Assembly (NCBI RefSeq): GCF_009914755.1 | Contig: NC_060928.1 | Direction: 5' to 3' (one strand) | Length of the DNA: 64,000 bases | DNA from: the human T2T-CHM13v2.0 reference genome, Homo sapiens | Shown: piece by piece, positions 12,252 through 24,276 of the stretch | Numbering within the stretch: position 1 is the first letter of the stretch | Layout of the letters: the number at the start of each line of letters is the position of its first letter | The notes under the pieces: generated by a model | What the model was told of the DNA's origin: nothing | What the model saw: the letters and a program-made list of their open reading frames with translations, nothing else | Database searches by the model: none | Program-made: the position numbers and the translations under genes

Positions 12252-12929
12252 AGAAAATATTTTCCTATTCCCAGTTTATTAAATTATGCACTTGGGTTTA
12301 CTTGTAGTATTTACTTATATTTATTTGTATAGTTTATCCTGGTGTGTGGTATGAATCAGTTTGATCTTTTTTCATAAAACTCTCCAGTTACATCAACCAC
12401 ACTGATTTAAAAATTCCTCTTTTCTTAAATGTATGGCCTTTATCATGTGTTATATTTCCATATGCACTCAGTTCTTTGAAGATAATATGTCATTTCTCTC
12501 TGAATGCTTTTAAGATATTTTTATTTTGTTTTACAGCAATTTTGCTGTGATGTGCTTGGTTATGGTTTTCTTTTTATTTATCATGTCTGTGGTGTGTAGC
12601 ACTTACAAAATTGTGATTAAATGTCAGTTTTGAAAGATTCTCAGCTGCTATCTTATCAAATATTTCTGCTGGCCCATTATCTCCATTCTCTTTTTGAGAT
12701 TCCAATTACACATAGAATCTGTGTGTAATAAATTAAGGTTTATGTTAGATCTTTTTATTTTGTTCCACTCATCCCTTATTTTCTTTACAGTATTTTCCAA
12801 ACATCTCTCTGTGTTTCAGTCTGTATATTTTCATTAGATATATTTTCTAATTTACTAATCCTCTCTTTATCTGTGTCTAATCTAATGCAAACATTGAGTT
12901 CTTAATTTTCAGTTACTGTATCTTAACTC

Positions 12930-13660
12930 ATTTATTAATATATAATTCATATATAATATAAATCATACATCATATAATAATTCACCTATTTAAAGTGTAC
13001 AATCAATAGATTTTAGTAAATTCACAGAGTCATATAACCACCACTACAATTAATTTTATAACATTTTTATTATCAAAAAAGAAAACCCATACCCATTAGC
13101 AGTCATTCACCGTCTTCTCCCAACTCTCCAACCTCTGAGCCCCACTAATCTGCTTTCTATGTCTCTATATATTTGCTTTTTCTGGAAATTACACATAAAC
13201 AATCATAAAATACGTGATCTTTTGTGACTGGATTTTTTCACTTTGCATAATTTTTCTCAAGTTCATCTGTCTTACAGCATGTGTCAGTACTTTATTTTTG
13301 CTGAATAATACTCAATTTTATCGATATACCACATTTGGTTTATATATTCATCAGTTAATTGACATTTGGGTTGTTTCCACTTTTTGGCTTTTATAAATAA
13401 TATTGCTATAAACATTCCCGGACAAATGTTCATATGAACATAACTTTTATTTCTATTGGATATACACCTAGGAATGGAATTGCAGAGTATTATGATTTGA
13501 CTTTTTGAGAACCTCCTGGACAGTTTCCGTACAGACTGTACCGTTTTACATTCCCATCAGCAGTATATGAGAGTTCCAATTTCTCCATATCATCACTAAT
13601 TCTCACGTGTTATTATCTTTCTTTTTATTATAGCTATCTTAGTAGGTGTGAAGTGGCAGT
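12930..13660 (-). mobile_element. L1MB-like 3' end
   Basis: tttaaagtgtacaatc...gacatttgggttgtttccactttttggct...cctaggaatggaattgc. Confidence 0.75.
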
Positions 13661-13830
13661 TGTATTTTATAGTTTGGAATTTCTTTTTCATTAAAAGAAT
13701 AGTTTTCAGTTCTCTCCTGATATTCTCTATTATGGCATCTAATTTCTTGAACAGCTATTTGAAAGTCCACGTGGGATAATGCAATACATGAACTTCCTGT
13801 TGCCTGTTTCTATTATGTATTTATGTATAT

Positions 13831-13834
<4 letters not shown>

Positions 13835-13886
<52 letters not shown>
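13835..13886. repeat. (TA)26 microsatellite
   Basis: Uninterrupted TA run. Confidence 0.95.
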
Positions 13887-13887
<1 letters not shown>

Positions 13888-14194
13888 CTCTGGTCATGTG
13901 GGCTTTTCCTCAGTATCTCTAGCAATTTTGGATTGAATGCTGGACATTGTTGTGAATAATCACAAATGCTCTGAATGATTTTATCTTCTATAGAGGTCTA
14001 AATATTATTTTTGGCAGGCAGTTAGAGTAGTGACAGATTACCAGACTCAAATACGTGATTGATTTTATTTGAAACTTGGCAATATACTTTGTGAGAGCTT
14101 GTCTTTTCTAGTTTACCTCTGCTCCTGAGGTGTAGCTTTCTAGGATTTCCAACTTACAGGCTGGCATATTTATCAAAGGCCTGCCTCCTTGGTA

Positions 14195-14820
14195 AGCAAA
14201 TCAGAAATAAAATTCTAAGACCCCAATTATCTGAATGAATTCCTCCTCTCAACCAACAGCATTCCAAAGTTAACCTGAATAACTAGTTCAGGCCATGATA
14301 GGAAGTGGGAGTTGGACATGCCTAATTTTACCTCCTGTCTTTTGGAATTCAGGAAAAGCCAACCAACATTCACATCAACACAGACTTTAAGTCTGTTAAG
14401 AAACATTTACAGTCTATTCTCTCTGAAGTCAGCTACCTGGAGTCTTCAGCTGAAAGATAAAACTTTGGTCTCCACAACCCCTTATTGTAACACAGACATT
14501 CCTTTCTACTGATGCCAGGTGTTTAGATAATTTCACTCTTTCAAGCAATTGCCAATCACAAAATCTTTAACTGTTCCTATGACCTGGGAACCCCCACTTT
14601 GAGTTGTCTTGCTTTGCACATTGAATCAATGTACATCTTACATGCATTGATTGATGTATTATGTCTCACTAAAACGTATAAAAATGCAAGCCGTACCACA
14701 AGCACCTTGGGAACATGTCATCAGGATCTTTCAAGGCTGTGTCATGAGCATGTCCTTAACCTTGGTGAAATAAACTTTCTAAATTGATTGATGCCTGTCT
14801 CAGATACGTTTGGGTTTACA
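14195..14820 (+). mobile_element. MER4-family ERV1 solo LTR
   Basis: aaataaaattctaag start and aaataaactttctaaattgattga...tgtctcagatac...ggtttaca end. Confidence 0.8.
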
Positions 14821-15199
14821 ACCCTTAACTCTAATTTTTGTCCCCAAAAAATTGCCAATAGTTCTGTGTAGCTACTTCACCTTGCAGTTGACATTGCTGC
14901 TCAGCCTCAAGGGTGTTAGAGGCACAGTGTACTATTAGGTTTACCTCTCTGTGTTTCTCATCTTTCCAGGAGCATGGCATCTCAAGTCTTAACTGCCTTG
15001 GTGGTTCTCTGATGCTTCACATACAAACACACGTACACAAAACTGTTTCTTTTTCTTCTTCTCCTTTTCCTTCTACTCTTATGCCTCTAGCTTCCACTCC
15101 TCCTCTGTCCCTCCTCCTTTTTATTAATTACCCAGCTTTTTGTACTTATTCTCAGTGGTGGGGTTGGTATACAACAACCTAATTCATCATTACAGGAAG

Positions 15200-16900
15200 C
15201 CTTCCATGCACTTGGATCCATTTTTGTATTTTCTATTCGGTTCCATTAGTCTATCTAGTCATGCCCTATTGCCACCCTGTTTTAATTATCGAGGCTTTAA
15301 TAATACATTTGTTATCTGATAGGGTTAGTGCATGAGTGCATGTTTGTGTACACATGCATATACACACACACAGCTCTTTTTAGTGTTTCCCAGTTATCTT
15401 GTCTGTTTATGCTTCCAAATAAACAGTATAATCAAGTTCTTTAACTCCAGAAAAAAATATAATATGTATATTAAGATAAGGTTAAATTTGTAAATTTACT
15501 TAGGAACAACTGGCATTTTTCTAACATTTACTATTTCTATTCAAAAACATCTACTCGAGTTTACTCTATGCACTTCAGGAGATATAATTTTCCTCACATA
15601 GAAGTTAGACATTTTTTGGGTGAAGTTTTTGCTTAGGTATTTTAAATTGTAAATGGAATCTTCTCTTTCATTCATCCTCTAACTGATTGTTATTCATATA
15701 TGTAAAGAGTAGTGATGTAATTTCTTGCATGTTTATTTTATATCTTGCAACTTTACTAATTTGTTTTGTTTATGGTAGTTTTCCATCAATTATTTTGAGC
15801 TTTCCAGAAAAATAACATAGTGTACCAATCGAGATGGTTTCACCTTATTCTTTCAAACTCTGATGTTTCTAATTGCTGTCTTGTCTACTTGTATGGACTA
15901 ATTTCTACAATATAACATTAAATTTTGGCAGAGAGACTAGGCATGTTGTCTTGTTCTTCCTTTCACCAGAAAGAATCTAGAGTATCTCCATTGGGGAAGA
16001 TCTGGCTTTTGGATTAAATATCATTTTAAGGATGATAATGATTTTAAAATTTAAATGATACTTAAAATGACGATTTTAAGGATTAATCATTGACGATTAT
16101 TGAGTGCTTTTTGCATCACTGGGTATTGGGTTTTGTTAAGTGCCTTTTTGCCATTTAAGAAAATGTTCTTATTTTTTTTCCACAGCTCTATTAATGTGAA
16201 TTACATTGATTGTTTTCTTAATATTGAATCATTTTGTGTTTATGCAATAAATCCTACATGTTGTGAGGTATTATTTTAAAATATGCTATTAATTCTTTTT
16301 GCTAATATTTTATTTTAGAATTTTGCATACCTATTTATAAGTGGGAATAGTCTATAGTCTTCTATTTTGTACAATTTTTAAGATTTTGATATGAATTCTA
16401 CATTCAATTCATTAAAAGATTTTAAATATTTTCCTTATTTTTTCATGCTTTGGAATAGTTTATATAGCATTTGGATGATCTAGGATTTAAAGGATTTTTA
16501 AGATGTCACTCTGAAACTTTGCGAGGGTGCTTCTTTATATCTTTATTTTTTTCTTTTAAGTTTGGTCCATTTAGATTCTATGTTTACTGAGATCAATTTT
16601 AGTAAATTAAATTTTCCTATAAAATGCATTTTTAAGTATTTCAATAAATTTCTATATAGTTGTGCAGAAAAGTCTCTTTTGATGTTAATTCCTCTCTTTG
16701 GTGGCTCTCATTATCCTCTCTTTGCTCTTTCTTATTATGTATGCTATTATTTTTTACTTTCTCACATTTAATTTATTTAATTTTATTGATTTTTAGGGAA
16801 CAAGATTTATTTATTCATAAATTCTGAGTTTTTTGTTTGTTAATTTTTTAACTTTAATATTTCTTTTCTTCTAATTTCTTCATTTTTCTAATTTATGGCA
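15200..16900 (-). mobile_element. Ancient L1M ORF2 fragments
   Basis: Degenerate antisense L1 motifs (ttccattagtctat, tgtcttgttct, tttgctaatattttatt). Boundaries approximate. Confidence 0.55.
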
Positions 16901-17435
16901 ATAGCTGTTACTCCCAGTTAATACCTATCAGGCAATTAGAAAGCATTCTATTTCCATATACTCTACCTTTCTTCTCTCATTTTTGTAGTTAAAATTTATT
17001 CAGATGATCAGGGCATATATTAAGCATATACTATTCTATCACCTTTATATCCACCATCACCTCTACAGTTAAATATCTTTAGTGGCCTTATGGTGAACCT
17101 GCCCCAGTATTTCCCAGTTGTCTGAAACTCATTTTCTACTTGATTCTTGAAAAATGTTCCTTGAGGTCTTACATACTCATAGCCTTCTCTATGACATATG
17201 TATATATATTATGTTGTGTGTGTGTATATATATATGTATACACATATGTCTATGACATATGGTATAATTTACCATATTTATCATATGGCATTAATTTACC
17301 ATATTTTCAGTTCCATTTGATTTTTAATATTTTTTTCCTTTCCATTTTCTATTTCTCTTACTGTATTTTCATTGGTGTTTATTTACTTTTGTTCTTTCCA
17401 GTTTAGTCTTCTGAATTTTTTCTCTCATTTCCAAT

Positions 17436-18206
17436 TTTTTGTTTACACTTTTTTATTTTTAATTATTACAGATACTAGTTGTATAGTTGTATATATTTAT
17501 GGGGTACATGTGATATTTTGATAAAAGCATATAATGCATAATGATCAAATCAGGGAAACTGGGATATTCATCACCTCAAGCATTTATCATTTCTTCGTGT
17601 TAGGAACATTCCAATTTTATGCTTTCAGTTATTTTGAAATAATCTTATTCCTTCTATCTAACTGTATTTTTGTATCTATTCACCATGCCCTCTTTATCTC
17701 CCCTCCCCCCTACCCTTCCCGCCCTCTGGTAACCATCATTCTACTCTATCTCCATGAGTTTAGTAATTTTTAGCTCCCACATGTTAGTGAGAACCTCAAT
17801 ATTTGTCTTTCTGTGTCAGGCTTATTTCACTTAGCATAATGTCCTCCAGTTCCATCCATGTTGCTGCAAATGACAGAATTTCATTCTATTTTTATGGCTG
17901 AGTAATATTCTATTGTGCATCTACCTGTACTACATTTTCTTTATCCATTCATCCACTGATGGACACTTGGGTTGATTCCATATCTTGGCTATTGTGAGTA
18001 GTGCTGCAATAAACATGGGAGTGAAGATATCTCTTTGATGTACTGATTTCCTTTGTTTTGAATATATACCTAGCAATAGGATTGCTGGATCACATGGTAG
18101 TTCTATGTTTTTGTTTTTTGAGGAACAGAGAAAGAGGAACCCTCTACAATGTTGGTGAGAATGTAAATTGGTACCTCCACTATGGAGAACAGTATGGAGG
18201 ATCCTC
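17436..18206 (-). mobile_element. L1MA 3' end with 5' inverted segment
   Basis: Antisense L1 3' end up to 18126 (ORF 17930..18208 contains degenerate ORF2 motifs). Segment 18127-18206 is the adjacent L1 sequence in the opposite orientation. Confidence 0.85.
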
Positions 18207-21200
18207 AATTATTTCTTGAGCTCTGTTTTCTTTCTTTTAGTATCCTCCTCTTGGTTAGCCTTTTAATTTTTGCCTTGTCTGATTGATTATGCAACCTTTA
18301 CAGTTTTTATTATTTTTCTAATGTTCTTTAGCTGGTTTTGAAATATTAAGTAAAAAAAAACTTTTATTGGCCTTTTTGCTATATTTTTCTAGTGGATCTT
18401 CACTGTTCATTATTGTGTCAGTCAGCGCATGTACGAAATAAAATGTCTTTGCTTACAAGACATTTTATTCTGAAATTATTTTCTGTTGCTCACGTTTTAT
18501 TGAGATGGATTATATTATATTTTAGGGGTTATAATGTAGGGGTGGTAGCAGACCAGAATAGCCTTCCTAGATTCATGCATGGCTTTAAGACCCCTTCTTC
18601 TTTTGTTTCTGCAAAATATTTACAAATAGGACCTCTTTGTACCTTCTGTTTTCTCTGGTCCCTTCTCTCCTTTATATCTAGGACTTCTCTCCATTTTCTA
18701 TTTATATAGATTTGAATTCTATTTTCAGTAGACTTTACTTAGTGTGGGGTTCTCTTCTTACAGAAGGAAATTTTGGTTGACTATTTCCAGAGGCTCTGGA
18801 ACTTGAGTGCCCCTGCATAATCTGATTTCACTTTAGTTTTTCTACACCCATCTACAGAGTTGCTGCTCTGTAACCTCTCTCTAGTTTTGGCAATTATTCT
18901 CAGACCTGCCTGCTAGGTTTCCATCCAAGAGCAGACTTCTGCTTTAGTAGGTGAGTACTTGTGGATTCTTGGTACTCCAGCTCACAGAAAGTTGGAAGTT
19001 CCCCCTTTCTCCTCTCTGTTACTGCCAATAGTTGGTAATTTTTCTTGCCTATCCATATTCTAGAATTTGTAAGAATGATCCTTGTGTTTGTTGAAGATAA
19101 CCATGAGGTTTTACTTTTACTATTCTAGATGCTCTAACCATTTTGTAAGGGGAATTGGGATGGTTTAAAAGTCTGCACTGATGCTGCCATGTTGCCCTGA
19201 CTAAAACCTAAATCACTTCCTTTATTTGGTTTTGGAGAGACATCATACTACACTGTCTTTCTATCCTATCTCACTCGGCTGGTTTTTCTGAGAATTATTT
19301 GTTTATGGTGTGAGGAGAAATTTCATATTTACTCCCTTCCCTAATACCCTGGCACACACTTATGAGATAATCTAATCTATATTTGTTTAAAATGTTACCC
19401 TTGACACACACTAAGTATATGCACATATAGAATATCCCTCATAAATTCCTTATGTTGTTTGTACTTTAAATATTGATACATTTTGATGTAAACATTCTAG
19501 GCATATCTACTGAACTGCATTTTGTTATCATACTGATAGAACTTCATTCTGCCATTCTGCTATAGGGCAGTTACAGTTTATTATGAGATCAGAAATTAAA
19601 TTAAACCAATGTGCTTGGTCATGTCATGTTGCTGTCTCAAACAATATGCTTTTGAATGTCATATATAGCTTGTTTCTCTTATGTCTAAACTTCACAAGAT
19701 ATACATGTATATTGTGGGGAAGGCAGAGAGAAGGAAAAAAACCAAACTGGATTACAGAAGAAATTACTATTCCTTTGGCATTTTATAAGATATTCTATAA
19801 TATTTTGATATAATGTTTAAACTTACTTTCTCTCTGCTTTGTGACTGGCTAAAATCACAGAACTATTGTAGCATTCTCACCTAATGGGTTCAAGGCTATG
19901 TGTCACATCCTTGCATTACAGCATCCTCTGTGCCCGTTCACATATGTACTCATTCATTCTAAAAACCATCTGTACCTCATAATGCAAGTGGAGACAGACC
20001 CTGAGGGTTTATAATCTCACAACGAAATCCATTTATTTAGTTTTCTAACCAAAATAATGCTTTCTCATTCAAGAGATGTACTTGTGCATCTGCTATTTAT
20101 TTGGCATGCCTTTCCCCTCTCTATTACTCACTTCACAGTTTTGGTTTAGCAAATGCATTGGGTGAAATGAATAAAGATATGTAGACCAAAACAGTAGGAA
20201 GTGTTAATTGTCATCAAATAGCCAAGTTCTGAGTTTATAAGAGAAAGGTATAGTTTGATACTCCAGCCACTTTAGGCTGGATCTTTCTAAGATGGCCACA
20301 TTCTGTTTCTAATAGACAAATTTCTTTGATCTATATGGAACAATTTAATTTATGAATAATTTATGCACCAGAATTCAAATAAAATTGACAATGTTTGAGA
20401 ACAAACTGTTGACCATGCCCTTGTCTTATTTTATACTGTGGTTTAAAAGTGATATAAAATGTAATATTTTAACATAAACTCACAACTGTCAAGCGTGCAC
20501 TCATTTTAAAAACGGACTGGCCATCAGGAAAAAGATTAGGTAATGAAATTCCACATTCTGACCCACTGTCTTCTGAATGTCCATTTATTTGTTTATGTGA
20601 ATAAAAGCAACTACTTAAAACTGTGGCATTCTCAGTGCCAGTGTAGAGTGGGAAATACGGTAATCATTCCTACTTTTGTTCTGAAATTCACCCCAAAAAA
20701 ACACAATAAATGCAAGTTTTCATGGTCAAATGTATTCTCATTCATTATCATCTAGCTTTCAATTCACAGCTTGATACATCTAAATTGTCAGACAATGGAG
20801 AGAGAGATTTGAGAGGAACACAAAGGAAGGAGGAAAAGAGATTCTTCAAAAGGATGAATCTGTGAAGGGCAAATGACTCAGAAAAATCTTCATACACTAA
20901 AAATTACTTTTTAAAAGTCCCTACCCATCTACTTTCTTGTATTTCTCTACTTGTGTCCTAATTAATTATTCATTTTAAGATTTAATTGTCTATTTCTCTT
21001 CTGTCCCTGCCTGCCTCTCCCCCTCCCTTCCTCTTTCACTTTTCTCCTTCCATCTTTATAGTGGGTAAAAACTCCCACTGAAATGCTTCGTTTGGGTCCT
21101 AAGCAAATCTTCTGCAACTCCACTGGATCCCAGTATCCCTCCTGTACAGGACCATCTTCCATTCTAAGTTCCTTCAGTTATGGCCAAATAGATGTCTCTA

Positions 21201-21279
21201 TACCTTTGAGCTCAAGTAAAACACGCTGTGAAAATAAACTCAATTTGCTTATCTGGAATATCACGTGAGAATACACTGA

Positions 21280-24276
21280 CCATATTAACGCCATATATTT
21301 TATTGCTTTGAAGTGGATTATCTTAGATCCTTAGTTATGTCTTGCTTTTTAAAGTTAAGGTATGTATAGAATGGCAGAACAAAAGTAACAAAGTGTCTGT
21401 TTGGATGAAAATAACTTTAAAATTTACAATTAATTTTCATTGCTATAACGTCTAGAAAACACAGCAAGGAGGGCTAAAGGTGAAGGTGCTGAGAAACACA
21501 AATCCTGTCTCAACTGGACGTCTATTATAGATTGAATATGAATACATGGAGGCAGCCAGTAATGTAGAGTGCATTTTAATAATTTTTAAAAGAGTTAAAT
21601 GATCAAATCCCTAAAGATACAGCATTTTTCTTTTTCTTTGCCCAGGAATCTGTTTTGGAAGCCAATTCAATGATTACTACTAGGACATGGAATTTTGATA
21701 TCCATTTGGTACTGATTTACACCAGTATTTTTAAGGCTGCCAACAAGAAAGTCCAGAATTTCATCAGGCAGCCAAAATTCCACAAGAGACAACTGTCTTT
21801 TATTTTATAGCTTATGAATTTGGGGCTTAATATGATTTTCCACTAACAAGTTCTGTACCCCCTCCAGAGTGCTAAAGCCAGTGCATAGATCAGCAAAGTA
21901 ACCCAGAACATATGAGGCAAGTTAATATTAAACTTGAAGGAAAAATGTACAAATTATATTGTTTACTTAGGAAAAAAAGCACTCTAGTTGAAAGAGCTGA
22001 CATACGATTTATTGCAAACACTTAACCAGCGTGTTCACATTTTTAACCCCATTCCCACTTGTAGTACTTGTTTGGTGGCATTGTGGCACTGGATACAGAC
22101 TGATAAACCCATCAATTAAAAATCCATTAAATATTGGTAAAAAAGCTCTATTACATGTCTTCTCTTGTTATGCAATGGCTAGAAAACATACAGAATCACA
22201 TCCATAATGAGTAAATAAATCACAGTAATAAATAACTAACTTAGGGAATAGGTAGATGAATAACTCTTTTTAAGCATAAGTAAATGAAGAACCTGTTTAA
22301 TTAAAAACAACAAAATGTTCTTAGTTTCCAGAAATAATTCTATTGTGAAAAGAAAACTTCCATATATAATTAGGAAAATATAGTATAGGGTTTCTTTCTA
22401 TGCTCAAAGCAATGTTTTCAAAAGAGTCAGAGATAATAAATACTGGAACACATAAATGATTAAATATGTGTGGGTTTTTTTTTTACATAAGTCATGAAAT
22501 CTTCTTCCCCAGATGCCAGGAAGAAAAGGAGAAACATCATATATCAGTCCCATAGTATTTAAATTTTCTACTCCTAAAGGATTTTTCCTAGGATTTCAGG
22601 CTTATTCAAAAACCTTCATGTTTCATACAATTTGTAATATAGCTTTATACATTTGTTCCCAATCTCAGTCAGCATAGATAGATAATAGAAAATATCAGCA
22701 TAGGAAGCTGTAGAATTACTTATCTACAAAACCAGACATCAAACACTGCACCTTGCAATATTTTTTAGTAAAGAGAAATTATGTCACAAAATTTCACAGA
22801 TGAGGCCTATGGAAGAAGAACACAAAGGAACTATATCTGTAGTAGAAGCCCATCCTAACTACTAAGAAAGCCACACGATACCCTTTAGATTTCACATTAG
22901 AATTCCTAAACTGTTAGCCTAACACCTGGCCCTCATGCTGACCACAGGAAGAGGACTTCTGAACCACCATCGTCAGGATGCTGTCCACCTTCCTGAAAGG
23001 GATGAGAATCTGTGAGGGATTCCCAGGCTTATCAGAAAGAAGGCTAGAGCATTGTATGTGAGCACCATCTAGCACTGCTATATTTCTAAAATAGTAATTG
23101 TACAGAGTCATTTTAACCATGTGCCAAACTGCTCCATCTAATGACAGTTAAATTAAAGCTGCAAGTGTGTGAGCAAATGGTAAAAAGACTTCTGACTTCT
23201 ATTCTTAACTTTTATAGTAGAAACATTTCCATAAAAAACTTCATTTAAAAATATATTGCTAAATTACTCTATGAGATTTATCATTAGCTAATGACATGAT
23301 TTTTATCTACACAAATTTTAAAAACTGACATTGAGTGGATAAATTATTTCACACAAAAAAGTTACTGTATCTAGAAGAAAATAAAATGAAGACATTGCTA
23401 TAAATTAACCTTTGAAGTTTAATGTCTTTACCCACACCTACTTATAAGACAAGACCTGAAAAAAAAGCCATTCTGTTTGTAAAGAAGGCCAAGATAATAT
23501 GTTTCAGGTGGTAGCAAACCACATAAATATTGCGAGTATCAATCCTGGCCCTCTATCAGGAACATGCATTTCTGGTTTATTGAATCATGAATAATTATTT
23601 ATATTACCTATCATTATAAATCCTATTTGTTTCTCCCTATTGTCACAGAGTTATGACAAATTTCCTTCTGAATTTTTTATTAGTTTTCCAAAAGACTCCA
23701 CATTGAAATTCAATTATGGCTAAACTCTACAGGTGTGGTATATGGGGAAAAATGGAGAAATACTCCTCTAAATATATCAGATCCACCAACTATTGCTTTA
23801 TCTTAAAATGAAAGTTTATTCCTCTAGACTTCCCCTCTCTGCTATATGTTCTGACCTAAACTCATTCTCCATTTAGCCTTTACTAGTTTGTTTTTGATAT
23901 AGCAGTGTGATCAGCAGCAATGTGACCAGAGTACACTATATTTTGTTTCCATATAAACATTCTGGCAGTCAGTTAAGTTCACTGTGTCCTTTGGAAGTCT
24001 AATCATACAGACAACAGGTCTGACAGAATATACACTACTTAATATATACAAATGTGAGTCCTGAGAGCAACACATAAGGATTAAAAGAGGAAATAACTTT
24101 TCATTAAGGCTGGAAGAAATTGGAGAAACTTTAATGGGGAAGTTTTAAAAACTCTAACTAAATTACATCACTTGCTTTTAGATAAAAATGAGCCCAATCT
24201 CGAGTTGCTGGCTTGAAAACATTTTGTTCATTCATTCATGACCAATGGTGAGCAGGTACTTGGCATCCCAGTGGTT
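21280..24276 (-). other. DCHS2: Probable DCHS2 3' UTR (distal end uncertain)
   Basis: Repeat-poor AT-rich sequence after the stop codon. Minus-strand AATAAA at 23815-23820, 23676-23681, 23576-23581, 22008-22013, 21798-21803 and 21299-21304. Confidence 0.55.
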
